A model generated the notes under the pieces. The model ran no database searches, was not told where the DNA came from, and was given only the letters and a program-made list of their open reading frames with translations. DNA of 64,000 nt, from NCBI GenBank assembly GCA_015060925.1, contig SUXM01000011.1, positions 247 to 64,246 of the forward strand, written 5' to 3'. The position numbers and the translations under genes are program-made. Positions within the stretch are counted from its first letter, which is position 1. Every line of letters begins with the position of its first letter. Origin of the DNA: Parabacteroides distasonis. Its GTDB lineage: Bacteria > Bacteroidota > Bacteroidia > Bacteroidales > Tannerellaceae. Of this stretch, positions 30,898 to 40,339 are shown in pieces.

Positions 30898-31085
30898 TCT
30901 CTCCATATATCTCAAATTGTCCGTTTAATAGTCTGCTGTCTGTTGTTTTTGCCTTTTAAAACGATGTGCTATAGTGTTTTATGATGATGGTGATTTGTCC
31001 ACCTGTATTCCTTTCTTGTTTCCAATGAACAGCCTACTTTTGCCTTGTGTCGTTTAATTTTTTAAGAAATCTAATCACAAACAGT

Positions 31086-32099
31086 ATGAAAACACGAACA
31101 ATTTTAACTTGGCTCCTGCTTGTTTTGGCAGGCGGGAGCTTAATCTATCACTTTTCAGAACCATCAAAACGTTCAATCTTTACAAAACGAGCGACTGGTG
31201 CTGCGTATGAGGTGTTAGTTGTAATGGATAAAGAATATTGGAATAGAGAAGCAGGGAAACTACTGAAGAAACAGTTGATAGCCCCTATTTCGGGACTACC
31301 CCAAATAGAACCATCCATGCGGGTAACGTATGCCGAACCGAATCAGTTTAATGGATTATTGCGCTATGTCCGTAATATTATTCAAGTACAAATAGACAAA
31401 TCTCTTTATACAAAAATTACTGTATCCAAGGAGCAGGATGTATGGGCTACGGGGCAAGAACTGATTCGTATATATGCTCCATCCGAAGAACTATTGATTC
31501 CTTATTTAGAGGAAGAGGGTTCTTTGTTAGTTTCTTATTTGGAGACTAAAGAGCGGGAAAGGTATGCAGCTTATTTGGATGAATCACATAATCTTTGGGT
31601 TCAAGATTCGGTGATGTCTCAGTTTCAAGTACAACTGTTTGCTCCGAAAGAGATTTCTTCGTCTAAAACCTCTACGGATTTCTTTTGGGCAACGGATCAT
31701 GGTCGGAATGGTAGAACTGATTTTGTACTGTATAGTTTTCCCTATATAGATGAAAGAACCTTTAGTTTGGACTATTTGGTCACAAAGCGTGATTCTGTTT
31801 TGGGGAAACAAATCAAAGGCGCATATCCGGATTCCTATATGACAACCGTTAAACATCTTACCCCTTCCTATGAAACAGTGAAACTGAACCATACATATTG
31901 TGGAGTAGTAAGAGGTTTATGGGAAATGGAAGGTGATATGATGGGAGGTCCTTTTGTCAGTTATGCCTATTTAGACGAGAAGAATCAGCGTATAGTGGTT
32001 GCTGAAACTTTTGTCTATGCCCCTAATACCGACAAAGCAAAGTTTATCCGTAGAGGGGAGGCTGTACTGCATACCTTACGGTTTATGGATACAGATTAA
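31086..32099 (+). CDS. DUF4837 family protein
   Basis: ATGAAYEVLVVM, GLPQIEP, RGLWEMEGDMMGGPFVSYA, FVYAP. Confidence 0.75.
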   Translation: MKTRTILTWLLLVLAGGSLIYHFSEPSKRSIFTKRATGAAYEVLVVMDKEYWNREAGKLLKKQLIAPISGLPQIEPSMRVTYAEPNQFNGLLRYVRNIIQVQIDKSLYTKITVSKEQDVWATGQELIRIYAPSEELLIPYLEEEGSLLVSYLETKERERYAAYLDESHNLWVQDSVMSQFQVQLFAPKEISSSKTSTDFFWATDHGRNGRTDFVLYSFPYIDERTFSLDYLVTKRDSVLGKQIKGAYPDSYMTTVKHLTPSYETVKLNHTYCGVVRGLWEMEGDMMGGPFVSYAYLDEKNQRIVVAETFVYAPNTDKAKFIRRGEAVLHTLRFMDTD

Positions 32100-33480
32100 T
32101 CTTTTCAGGTATGTGGCTTGTGCGGATGCGCCATTCTTGTGGATAGAGGTTGTTTGCCCGGTTGCCTAAGTTCTTGACAAAGCCTAACGGGAAACCTTGG
32201 TAACGCATAAGCACATATCCTTTGGCTGTACCTTCAGGTAGGATAAGAATCTCTTTCCTTAGAAACTTGATAGCATCTTCCCAGGTCAGTTCAACAGAGG
32301 GAAAAGCCTCCGGATTGAGTGCTGCGCTGAGTGCCAGCTCATGGGCGGGTATCAGATCTTTCCCTTTCAACTCTCCTATACAAACTCCAGCAGAGAGGAT
32401 GTGAAAGCGTTCTTGTAACAGAAGAAAAACTTCCCGAACGGATTCCGGTTGCATGGTCACAAGATTTCCATCCGATCGTAGTCCGTTTATGAATGCCTCC
32501 CGAACAAATTCTTTGGCGATAGGAGGGATTGTTGGAGTGGATTTCCCTTTCTCTTTTTTCCCCTTATTTTTGCTTTTGACACGTATCTCCTCTATTTCTC
32601 CTTCCGCTTTTCGTAAAACCGCCAAGAAGAAACCTTCTCCTTTTGTTTTATGTGGAAAGAAACGGTAAACCGGATGGGTGTATTTGAGTGCCCCGGTGAT
32701 TCCCCATGCTGAAGGAGTAGGGATTGCCAAGGCTTCGGCTCCTAACTCCTCAATGATGTAGTGGATGTTTTCCTCGTTCTCTTCTGTGTTATATGTACAG
32801 GTACTATATATCAAAAGTCCGCCCGGTTTTAGGGCGTTCCATATATCATGGATGATTCTTCTTTGGCGGGCTGCACACAGTTCAACATTCGCTACGCTCC
32901 ATTCACCTGTGCTGTCTGTGTCTTTGCGGAACATTCCTTCACCGGAACAGGGAACATCTGTGACGATAACATCAAACAGATGGGTGAGTTGACCGATCTC
33001 TTCCGGGTCGTTGTTGAGGACGATGCTGTTTGGGTTTCCCCACTTGGCGATGTTCTCTGCCAAGATATGGCTTCGGCTACGTATCACCTCATTACTGACG
33101 AGCAGGCTGCCTTCGGGCAAGAGGCTGAGCAGATGGGTGGATTTCCCTCCGGGTGCTGCACATAAGTCCAAACATTTGACTGGCGTTGTCACATGATTTC
33201 GTATGGCTTGTTCCAAGAACATGGAAGAGGCCTCCTGTACATAATAAGCTCCGGCATGGAACAAGGGGTCGAAAGTAAAAGAGAGACGCTCCGGTAGGTA
33301 ATATCCGGTGTCGCTCCAAGCAACGGCACTTCCTCGTTCGTTGGTTGGTGGAAGAGTCTCTTTTGAGTGGTTGATACGGATGCTGACAGGGACATCTGCA
33401 AGCAACGCTTTTTCTAATTTGTCGAACTCATTCCCTAACAACGTACGGGTACGGGTAATAAAATCAATAGGAAGTGCCAT
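32083..33480 (-). CDS. rsmF: RsmF/NOL1/NOP2-type rRNA m5C methyltransferase
   Basis: YVQEASSM, LDLCAAPGGKS, DVPCSGEGMFRK, YSTCT. Confidence 0.9.
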   Translation of the reverse strand: MALPIDFITRTRTLLGNEFDKLEKALLADVPVSIRINHSKETLPPTNERGSAVAWSDTGYYLPERLSFTFDPLFHAGAYYVQEASSMFLEQAIRNHVTTPVKCLDLCAAPGGKSTHLLSLLPEGSLLVSNEVIRSRSHILAENIAKWGNPNSIVLNNDPEEIGQLTHLFDVIVTDVPCSGEGMFRKDTDSTGEWSVANVELCAARQRRIIHDIWNALKPGGLLIYSTCTYNTEENEENIHYIIEELGAEALAIPTPSAWGITGALKYTHPVYRFFPHKTKGEGFFLAVLRKAEGEIEEIRVKSKNKGKKEKGKSTPTIPPIAKEFVREAFINGLRSDGNLVTMQPESVREVFLLLQERFHILSAGVCIGELKGKDLIPAHELALSAALNPEAFPSVELTWEDAIKFLRKEILILPEGTAKGYVLMRYQGFPLGFVKNLGNRANNLYPQEWRIRTSHIPEKINLYP

Positions 33481-33565
33481 GTTATTCTATATTGTTTGGT
33501 GCAAAAGTACTACATTTGTATCGAATAAAAAACGGCTGTCGGGTCGGTAATCCGATATTATAGAT

Positions 33566-34270
33566 ATGCAAACAGCTCTTTACCTCATACCGGTTACTTT
33601 AGGCGATACGGAACATCGCCGGGTACTTCCTGAATATAACCGGGAAGTGATACTGTCTATTAAACATTTTATCGTGGAGAATGTGCGTACGGCACGTCGT
33701 TTCTTAAAAAAGTGCGAACCCTCCATTGTGATTGATGATTTGACCTTTTATGAATTGAACAAACATACCTCCCCGGAGGATGTGGCCGGTTATTTGGCTC
33801 CGATGGCAAAAGGTGAATCAGTTGGTGTCATCTCTGAAGCAGGTTGTCCGGCTGTTGCTGATCCCGGAGCGGATGTGGTTACTATTGCCCAGCGGAAAAA
33901 ATACAAGGTTGTCCCATTGGTCGGCCCCTCTTCCATCTTGATGTCGGTGATGGGTTCCGGTTTTAATGGACAGAGCTTTGCATTTCATGGTTATCTGCCG
34001 ATTGATGCCTCTGAGCGTACCAGTACCATTAAGAAATTGGAGGGACGCATCTATGCCGAAAACCAAACGCAACTGTTTATCGAAACTCCTTATCGCAATA
34101 ATAAGTTGGCAGAAGAACTAATCCGTACTTGTCGTCCTTCGACGAAGTTGTGTATCGCTTCCAATATCACGTGCGAAGATGAATATATACAGACACGCCC
34201 GATCAAGGAGTGGGCAGGTAAAATACCTGACTTAAGTAAGAAACCTACCATCTTTCTAATTTATAAATAG
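33566..34270 (+). CDS. RsmI-like tetrapyrrole-methylase-family SAM methyltransferase
   Basis: LYLIPVTLG, SEAGCPAVADPG, GPSS, FHGYLP, FIETPYRN. Confidence 0.85.
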   Translation: MQTALYLIPVTLGDTEHRRVLPEYNREVILSIKHFIVENVRTARRFLKKCEPSIVIDDLTFYELNKHTSPEDVAGYLAPMAKGESVGVISEAGCPAVADPGADVVTIAQRKKYKVVPLVGPSSILMSVMGSGFNGQSFAFHGYLPIDASERTSTIKKLEGRIYAENQTQLFIETPYRNNKLAEELIRTCRPSTKLCIASNITCEDEYIQTRPIKEWAGKIPDLSKKPTIFLIYK

Positions 34271-34272
34271 CG

Positions 34273-34845
34273 ATGGAAATGTATCAAGCACATGAAACAG
34301 CCGTTATAGACGCGGGTTGCCATATAGGGGAAGGCACACGTATTTGGCATTTTTCCCATATCATGTCGGGTTGTACGATAGGGAAGTATTGTAACATCGG
34401 GCAGAACGTGGTGGTCTCTCCGGAGGTTGTATTGGGTGATCATGTTAAAGTTCAGAATAATGTATCGATTTACACCGGGGTGACCTGCGATGATGAGGTT
34501 TTTTTAGGACCTTCTTGTGTCTTTACCAATGTCATCAATCCTCGTAGTGCAGTTGTTCGGAAAGACCAATACCGAAAGACGCATGTCGGGAAAGGGGCAA
34601 CGATTGGGGCAAATGCAACGATTGTCTGCGGACATCAGATCGGAGCGTATGCTATGATTGGAGCAGGAGCGGTAGTGACCAAAGACATCCCACCGTATGC
34701 TTTGGTTGTGGGTAATCCCTCCCGGCAAATTGGTTGGGTAAGTGAGTATGGCCATCGGTTGGTCTTTGACGAAACAGGAAAGGCCACCTGTCCGGAAACC
34801 GGCCAACAGTATCAATTAACAGATAATCAAGTAAGAAGGGTATGA
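34273..34845 (+). CDS. Hexapeptide-repeat N-acetyltransferase (WbpD-like)
   Basis: IWHFSH, VKVQNNVSIY, FTNVINPRS, VVGNP. Confidence 0.85.
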   Translation: MEMYQAHETAVIDAGCHIGEGTRIWHFSHIMSGCTIGKYCNIGQNVVVSPEVVLGDHVKVQNNVSIYTGVTCDDEVFLGPSCVFTNVINPRSAVVRKDQYRKTHVGKGATIGANATIVCGHQIGAYAMIGAGAVVTKDIPPYALVVGNPSRQIGWVSEYGHRLVFDETGKATCPETGQQYQLTDNQVRRV

Positions 34846-34850
34846 TAAAT

Positions 34851-34877
34851 AGAAGGCGAAGAGGTTCGCCTTTTTTT
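34851..34877 (+). terminator. Intrinsic terminator
   Basis: agaaggcgaa-gagg-ttcgccttttttt. Confidence 0.75.
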
Positions 34878-34980
34878 ATTTGTGGAAAATAATTTTCATT
34901 TTCTCTCTTTTTTGTGTTACAAATATCAGACATATTCGTTTCCCTTTATGAACGAACTAAAAAAATAGTGAAAACGGTTC

Positions 34981-35487
34981 ATGAGTGAAGAACTATTGAC
35001 ATCAACATTTACCAAATTACATAAGAAGTTTCAGCGGATTGCATTGAAACTCCTTCCCTCTGAATCCGATGCAGAAGATGCCTTGCAGGAGGCCTTTTGC
35101 CGGCTTTGGCCAAGAGCCGGCGAACTGAATTCATTGCAGGAGGTGGAGGCCATGACGGTAACAACTGTTCGGAATCTTTGTATCGATACGTTGAGGCGGG
35201 AAGACAGGGTTAAGATGGTTGAGTTGGATGTTGAGCGGGATACAAGAATGACGAAGTCGATAGATGAGGAGATAGAGAGGCAAGAGCAGTTCCAAGCAGT
35301 GGAGGCGATAATTGATAAGGAATTGTCTGATTTGCAAAGACAAATTTTGAGAATGAAGGAGTATGAAGATGAGAGTATCGAATCCATTGCGGAAAAGTTG
35401 GATATGCAACCGGCAACTGTGAGAGTAAACTTATCACGTGCCCGAAAACAGGTTCGAATGTGTTATTTAAAACAGAAGGAAAGATGA
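34981..35487 (+). CDS. ECF sigma-70 factor
   Basis: DAEDALQEAFCRLW, RNLCIDTLR, IAEKLDMQPATVRVNLSRAR. Confidence 0.93.
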   Translation: MSEELLTSTFTKLHKKFQRIALKLLPSESDAEDALQEAFCRLWPRAGELNSLQEVEAMTVTTVRNLCIDTLRREDRVKMVELDVERDTRMTKSIDEEIERQEQFQAVEAIIDKELSDLQRQILRMKEYEDESIESIAEKLDMQPATVRVNLSRARKQVRMCYLKQKER

Positions 35488-35960
35488 AGAGGCATATATA
35501 TGAAGATAAACAGTATTGGTTGGCATTGGGAGAGCGGTATATGGAGGCGGAAACCACTGACCAAGAAGAGAAGCAATTGGCTCGCTTCTTAGCCTCTCCT
35601 TATGCTGAAAGTGTTGAGTTTGATGAACTTCGGGCGGTGATGGGGTTTATGGCTGTTGGAAAGAAGAGATATGCCAAAAGGCAAATATCTTATATGCAGC
35701 GGTATGTACGCATAGGAGCGGCGATTGTAGCCGGGTTGTTGATGGTTGCATGGGGCAGTTATGAAATGGAACGAAGACAGAACGTATGTATCGCCTATGT
35801 GTATGGTGAGCGATTTACAGATCCCGAACGGGTAATGTTGGAGATGGAAAGCTCGTTGAAGAGTTTGCATTATGGGGAGACTGAAAGAATTGTAGAGGAA
35901 CAGTTGTCTTCTATCTTTCAGACTTTGGATGAAGAATCAGAAAGTAACAAGAGTAAATGA
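35484..35960 (+). CDS. Putative anti-sigma factor (single TM)
   Basis: ATGA overlap with the sigma gene; ERYMEAETTDQEEKQLARF N-terminus, TM helix, AYVYGERFTD. Confidence 0.7.
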   Translation: MKRHIYEDKQYWLALGERYMEAETTDQEEKQLARFLASPYAESVEFDELRAVMGFMAVGKKRYAKRQISYMQRYVRIGAAIVAGLLMVAWGSYEMERRQNVCIAYVYGERFTDPERVMLEMESSLKSLHYGETERIVEEQLSSIFQTLDEESESNKSK

Positions 35961-36418
35961 ATAGGAATATGAAACGAATCTTATGGATAATCATAACGCT
36001 TTGCCACTCATTATGGGTTTGGTCACAAGAGGGATTGCAGGTTGCTACCCTTTTTGACGGGCCTTATAAGAAGAAACACAATGCGATTGAGGTTTTGGTC
36101 AAAGGCGAACAACTCTCCGCTTATCATTTGACCCTGTTTAGGAGTCTTACCATAAAAGACGATTCGGTAGCTTTCAAGGATATCGAACGATGTATACGAG
36201 CAGATGCTAAGAAGGCAATTGATAAAGAGGAGGGTATGTTTGGTCAGGAGTTATATTATGGATTTTATTGTTTCCCTCCGCAAAAGGAACAAAATCGTTA
36301 TCTGTTTTATAGGAATGCATATTTGAAAGAAAGAGGAAAACCTGAGGTGACGACTGTTTACATGGAAGGTTATGCCACAATGGATGAGTTAAAGAAAATG
36401 TTTAAAAAAAATAGATGA
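35957..36418 (+). CDS. Small exported protein (DUF6108-like)
   Basis: Signal peptide, AYHLTLFRSLT, LYYGFY, VYMEG. Confidence 0.55.
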   Translation: MNRNMKRILWIIITLCHSLWVWSQEGLQVATLFDGPYKKKHNAIEVLVKGEQLSAYHLTLFRSLTIKDDSVAFKDIERCIRADAKKAIDKEEGMFGQELYYGFYCFPPQKEQNRYLFYRNAYLKERGKPEVTTVYMEGYATMDELKKMFKKNR

Positions 36419-36419
36419 T

Positions 36420-37289
36420 ATGAGTATGAAGAGTGTTTATTTATCGGTTTTAGTAACCTTGGTTACTTGTTCTGTATGGGCACAGGATGTGAAGGTTATA
36501 GAGCGTCCGCAGCGAGTGGTGATAAATAGTAAAGGAGATACTTTAGTCGTTGAGGTTGAAGGAAAAGAGGGAAATCCGGATTTTCGATATACGCACCAAG
36601 CTATTATCGCCTCAGACGAACCGGTTGTCATGAAGGAGAAGGAACGGGATTGGGAGTTCCAGATTCCCTTTAAGAAGGAAGCAATCAAACAGAAAGCCCA
36701 TTATAATTTCAATATGAGAGGATTAGGTTTCGGTTTGGTAACAGCTTTGAATGCTCCGGAACAGATGAATGTCGATATGGGAGCCTCTTACGAGATCATG
36801 GCTCCGTCAGTCTTTGAGTTGGAATATTGTATGGCCGGAGGAAAGAACACTTTCTCTATTGGTATCGGTGTCGATTGGAAGAATTATCGGATGACAGGAC
36901 GTAACCGTTTTATTAAAGAGGAGGAGAACATTGTGTTGGGTACTTATCCGGAAGGGGCAGATGTCCAGTTTTCACGCTTGAAGGTTTTTAGCTGGACATT
37001 GCCACTGTTATATACCCATAAGTTTTCCCGTAAGTTAAGTTTCAAAGTGGGGCCTATGGTTAACTTTAATACCCATGCAAGTATGAAGACTTGCTATAAG
37101 CTGGCTGGGGAGAAGGTGAAGCTGACAGACAACAACATTCACCAGTCTCGAGTGACGGTGGATCTATTGGCGGTGTTTAGAGTCAGTGCTATTGGGGTAT
37201 ATGTAAAGTATAGTCCGTTCAAGGTGCTTAACAGTGATTTTGGCCCCGACTTCTCCGGATTGTCAACCGGTCTGACTCTGTTTTATTAA
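36420..37289 (+). CDS. Outer-membrane beta-barrel protein
   Basis: Signal peptide, amphipathic strands, C-terminal GLTLFY. Confidence 0.7.
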   Translation: MSMKSVYLSVLVTLVTCSVWAQDVKVIERPQRVVINSKGDTLVVEVEGKEGNPDFRYTHQAIIASDEPVVMKEKERDWEFQIPFKKEAIKQKAHYNFNMRGLGFGLVTALNAPEQMNVDMGASYEIMAPSVFELEYCMAGGKNTFSIGIGVDWKNYRMTGRNRFIKEEENIVLGTYPEGADVQFSRLKVFSWTLPLLYTHKFSRKLSFKVGPMVNFNTHASMKTCYKLAGEKVKLTDNNIHQSRVTVDLLAVFRVSAIGVYVKYSPFKVLNSDFGPDFSGLSTGLTLFY

Positions 37290-37330
37290 GGAAGAATCTA
37301 CGTTTTTTAAAGGATAAAACAACGGTTTCA

Positions 37331-37388
37331 TTACCTCGGATGTAGTTGGGTTTACTTCGGATGTAATCTCAACTTACCTCCGAGGTAA
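37331..37388. repeat. Three tandem short palindromes TTAC-N7-GTAR, 21-22 bp period
   Basis: ttacctcggatgtag / ttacttcggatgtaa / ttacctccgaggtaa. Confidence 0.75.
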
Positions 37389-37419
37389 TTTTTTGTACAC
37401 TCATATAAGATTAGAGAGT

Positions 37420-38262
37420 TTAGTTATCAACCGTAAACAGGAATGTAACAGGATATCCGCTTATCGGTGTTTCTGCTAATTTAAGTTCGATGCCCTGTTT
37501 GATCATCATTTGTCGTGAAAGAGAAAGGCCAATGCCGCAACCTGTTTGCTTAGTTGTAAAAAATGGGATGAAGATTTCTCTTGCCACATCGGCCGGGATA
37601 GGCATTCCGTTGTTACTAATACATAATCCCTCTTTCCATCTGACATCTATCTCCTTGGCTCCGGCCTCAATGGCGTTTTTTACTAAATTAATCATTACTT
37701 GGCGCAACATGTTTTCGTCGGCTGTTATTTGAATATCTGCAGGTAAATCAATACGCCACTTTACTTGAGGATAAAGTGTCATGAAGTTCTTAAAGAAGGT
37801 TGGGAGATGGATAGGTATCATATTCGGCTCTTGGAGATTGGTGAACTTTCGATAACTGTCAACAAAGTTGGAAAGTCCACCTGCCGTTTCATAGATAGCC
37901 CGGATACCCTCTTCATAGATCGTACCTTTGATTTGAGAGTTGTTCAAATAGGCTTGACTGATACTGCTGATAGGGGCAGTGGCGTTCATGATTTCATGCG
38001 TTAGGACACGAGTCAGGCGTTGCCAAGATTCCACCTCTTTTTGTGCGACCAACGTGCGGATGTTTTTTCCCATATCGTTGAGTGCCTCTTGTAAAGCACG
38101 TTCACCAAAGAATAAACCTTTTACCGGTAGATGAAAGGTGAAATCTCGGTTATGAATCGCCTCACGCATCAAATGGGCACGATCTTTCAATAATAGTTGG
38201 TGGCGGTAAAACCAAAAGGATACAGCCACAATTACGATTAGGATGAATAGGAGTATAATCAT
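37420..38262 (-). CDS. Short sensor histidine kinase
   Basis: LTHEIMN H-box, NLVKNAIEA, FIPFFTTK, GCGIGLSLSR; 280 aa, one TM. Confidence 0.9.
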   Translation of the reverse strand: MIILLFILIVIVAVSFWFYRHQLLLKDRAHLMREAIHNRDFTFHLPVKGLFFGERALQEALNDMGKNIRTLVAQKEVESWQRLTRVLTHEIMNATAPISSISQAYLNNSQIKGTIYEEGIRAIYETAGGLSNFVDSYRKFTNLQEPNMIPIHLPTFFKNFMTLYPQVKWRIDLPADIQITADENMLRQVMINLVKNAIEAGAKEIDVRWKEGLCISNNGMPIPADVAREIFIPFFTTKQTGCGIGLSLSRQMMIKQGIELKLAETPISGYPVTFLFTVDN

Positions 38263-38780
38263 TTTTTTATTTTAGCATAGAGTGTTTGTCGAGTGATTCC
38301 AAGTAATTCGGCAGCCTTGCTGATATTACCATGGCATTTGTCCACAACCTTGTGGATATGTTCCGTCTCCATTTGGGATAATGGGATTACATTTCGATTT
38401 TTGTCGATGGCATCTTTCAGCACACGAACCAAATCATCATTGTCCCAAGGCTTGGTGACAAAATCTGCCGCTCCGCTCTTTAGCCCTTTGACTGCCAGTT
38501 GTACTTCGGCATAAGCGGTAATCAATACGACCGGAATATCCGGATGTCGCTTCTTGATGGTTCGAAGCCAAAACAGCCCGTCCTGGCCGGAGTTGACCCC
38601 AAGGGTGAAATTCATATCTAACAATACGATATCCATCCTCTCCTGGCAAAGTGTAGTCAATATACTGTCCGGGGAAGATAGGGCAATTATGTTGTTAAAT
38701 ACACCATCCAAACAGATTTTCAAAGCAGTCAGGATAGAAGGATTATCATCTACCACCAATATAGTTCCGTAATGAGCCAT
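38259..38780 (-). CDS. Response regulator: receiver domain fused directly to a Fis-type HTH
   Basis: LVVDD, LLDMNF, ITAY, FVTKPW, then GNISKAAELLGITRQTLY; no Walker A or GAFTGA. Confidence 0.9.
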   Translation of the reverse strand: MAHYGTILVVDDNPSILTALKICLDGVFNNIIALSSPDSILTTLCQERMDIVLLDMNFTLGVNSGQDGLFWLRTIKKRHPDIPVVLITAYAEVQLAVKGLKSGAADFVTKPWDNDDLVRVLKDAIDKNRNVIPLSQMETEHIHKVVDKCHGNISKAAELLGITRQTLYAKIKK

Positions 38781-38884
38781 CTCTTTTTTCTATTTATTTA
38801 GGAAATATTACCCGTACAAATATAGGATAAAACTTGTGTCGGGCGGGTTGATCGGGTGGCTTTCTTTTAAAGACTGGTCAGAAG

Positions 38885-38924
38885 TGTATGAATTTCATAC
38901 AATGAGGTGTGTGATATTCATACA
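38885..38924. promoter_or_regulatory. Tandem TGT-N11-ACA operator-like sites
   Basis: tgtatgaatttcataca (dyad) and tgtgtgatattcataca, starts 23 bp apart, between the regulator and the exporter operon. Confidence 0.6.
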
Positions 38925-39004
38925 ACCCGCCTTTGGATGCTCTTAAATCCATGGAGGGTTGGATTTGCCTCTCTAATTTTGTCTCAACAAAAAAACGGAA
39001 AAAG

Positions 39005-40339
39005 ATGAAACAGTTGGTATTTATAGGAGTATTTATGGTCGCTTATTTGAACTGCCATTCCCAAGAGGGAGCGGGGAAAAGGTGGAGCTTGCAACAGTGC
39101 ATACAATATGCAGTGAAACATAACCATGAGGTACGCCAGCTGCAATATACGCTGAATGATTATAAGGCAGAACGTACACGTGCCATCGGCTCTTTCCTGC
39201 CGGCCATCAGTGGAAGTGTCAACGGACAGTATAACTTCGGGCGTGCGGTGGATCCGGAGACCAATACCTATACGAATGTCAGTACATTTCATAATGGTTA
39301 CAGTCTTTCAGCATCTATCCCTTTGTTCGATGGGTTGATGCGTTTTCATGAGTTAAAAATGGCAAAGGCCAACCTTTTGAAGGGTAAACATGGGGTAAGT
39401 GCACAGAGGGATGAGGTAGCCTTACAGGTAATGCGTTCGTATATGGATGTGCAATATTATCAAGGTATGGTAGAGATGGCGGAACGGAAACGGGAAGAGA
39501 GTGAAGCCTTGCTCCGGCAGACTTTGGTGATGTTAGAAGTTGGTACGAAGGGAGAGTCGGATGTTGCACAGATGAGGGCGACTGTCGCTTCGGATGATTA
39601 TGAGGTGACAAGGCAACAAAACCTGCTTTCTAAAGCGGTTCTTACCCTGAAGGGGCAGATGAACTATCCGATAGCTGATAGTTTAGCTTTGGAGGAGACG
39701 AGGAATCTTCCTTCCGAACTTGTTTTGGAAACGGCAGGAGAGATTTATGAGCGTGCACAATCGTATCATCCGCAAATCCTTCAGGCTAAACAGGCCTTTG
39801 AGGCTGTTAAATACAGCCTTCGTTCGGCTAAAGGAGGATTGTCTCCAACGATCTCTATCGGAGCGGGTGTCTCTACCTCTTATTATAAGAACTTAGATAG
39901 CCGGGATGCCTTGAGGTTTCGTGAGCAATGGAAGAACAATGCGGGGCAGTATCTCTACGCTACGCTTTCCATCCCGCTATTTAACCGGTTGAGTACGCTT
40001 ACCAATATCCGTAAGCAACGGAACAACTTGCGGCGTGCCCAAGAGAATCTGGATTATCAGCAAACCGAATTGCAACGGTTGATAACGGAAGCTGTTTCCG
40101 AACAACAAAACAGTTGGAAAGAGACTGAGAAGATGCAACTAAAGATGGAATCGGACAGTATCGCTTCTCAACTGACTATCCGAAAATGGGAGGAGGGACT
40201 TGCTTCACCGATTGATGTACAGACGGCGACCGTCATACTGTTACAGAGCAGGGCGCAACTGTTGCAATGCCAACTGACCTATTATTATCATACGCAATTG
40301 TTGAACTATTATAAAGGAGTACCATTATGGATCGAATAA
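39005..40339 (+). CDS. TolC-family outer-membrane efflux protein
   Basis: WSLQQCIQYAVKHN, SIPLFDG, LSIPLFN; start placed at MKQLVF. Confidence 0.9.
   Translation: MKQLVFIGVFMVAYLNCHSQEGAGKRWSLQQCIQYAVKHNHEVRQLQYTLNDYKAERTRAIGSFLPAISGSVNGQYNFGRAVDPETNTYTNVSTFHNGYSLSASIPLFDGLMRFHELKMAKANLLKGKHGVSAQRDEVALQVMRSYMDVQYYQGMVEMAERKREESEALLRQTLVMLEVGTKGESDVAQMRATVASDDYEVTRQQNLLSKAVLTLKGQMNYPIADSLALEETRNLPSELVLETAGEIYERAQSYHPQILQAKQAFEAVKYSLRSAKGGLSPTISIGAGVSTSYYKNLDSRDALRFREQWKNNAGQYLYATLSIPLFNRLSTLTNIRKQRNNLRRAQENLDYQQTELQRLITEAVSEQQNSWKETEKMQLKMESDSIASQLTIRKWEEGLASPIDVQTATVILLQSRAQLLQCQLTYYYHTQLLNYYKGVPLWIE

Noticed and set aside
32083-32099. 17-bp 3' overlap of the DUF4837 gene and rsmF
   Set aside because: Ordinary short convergent overlap
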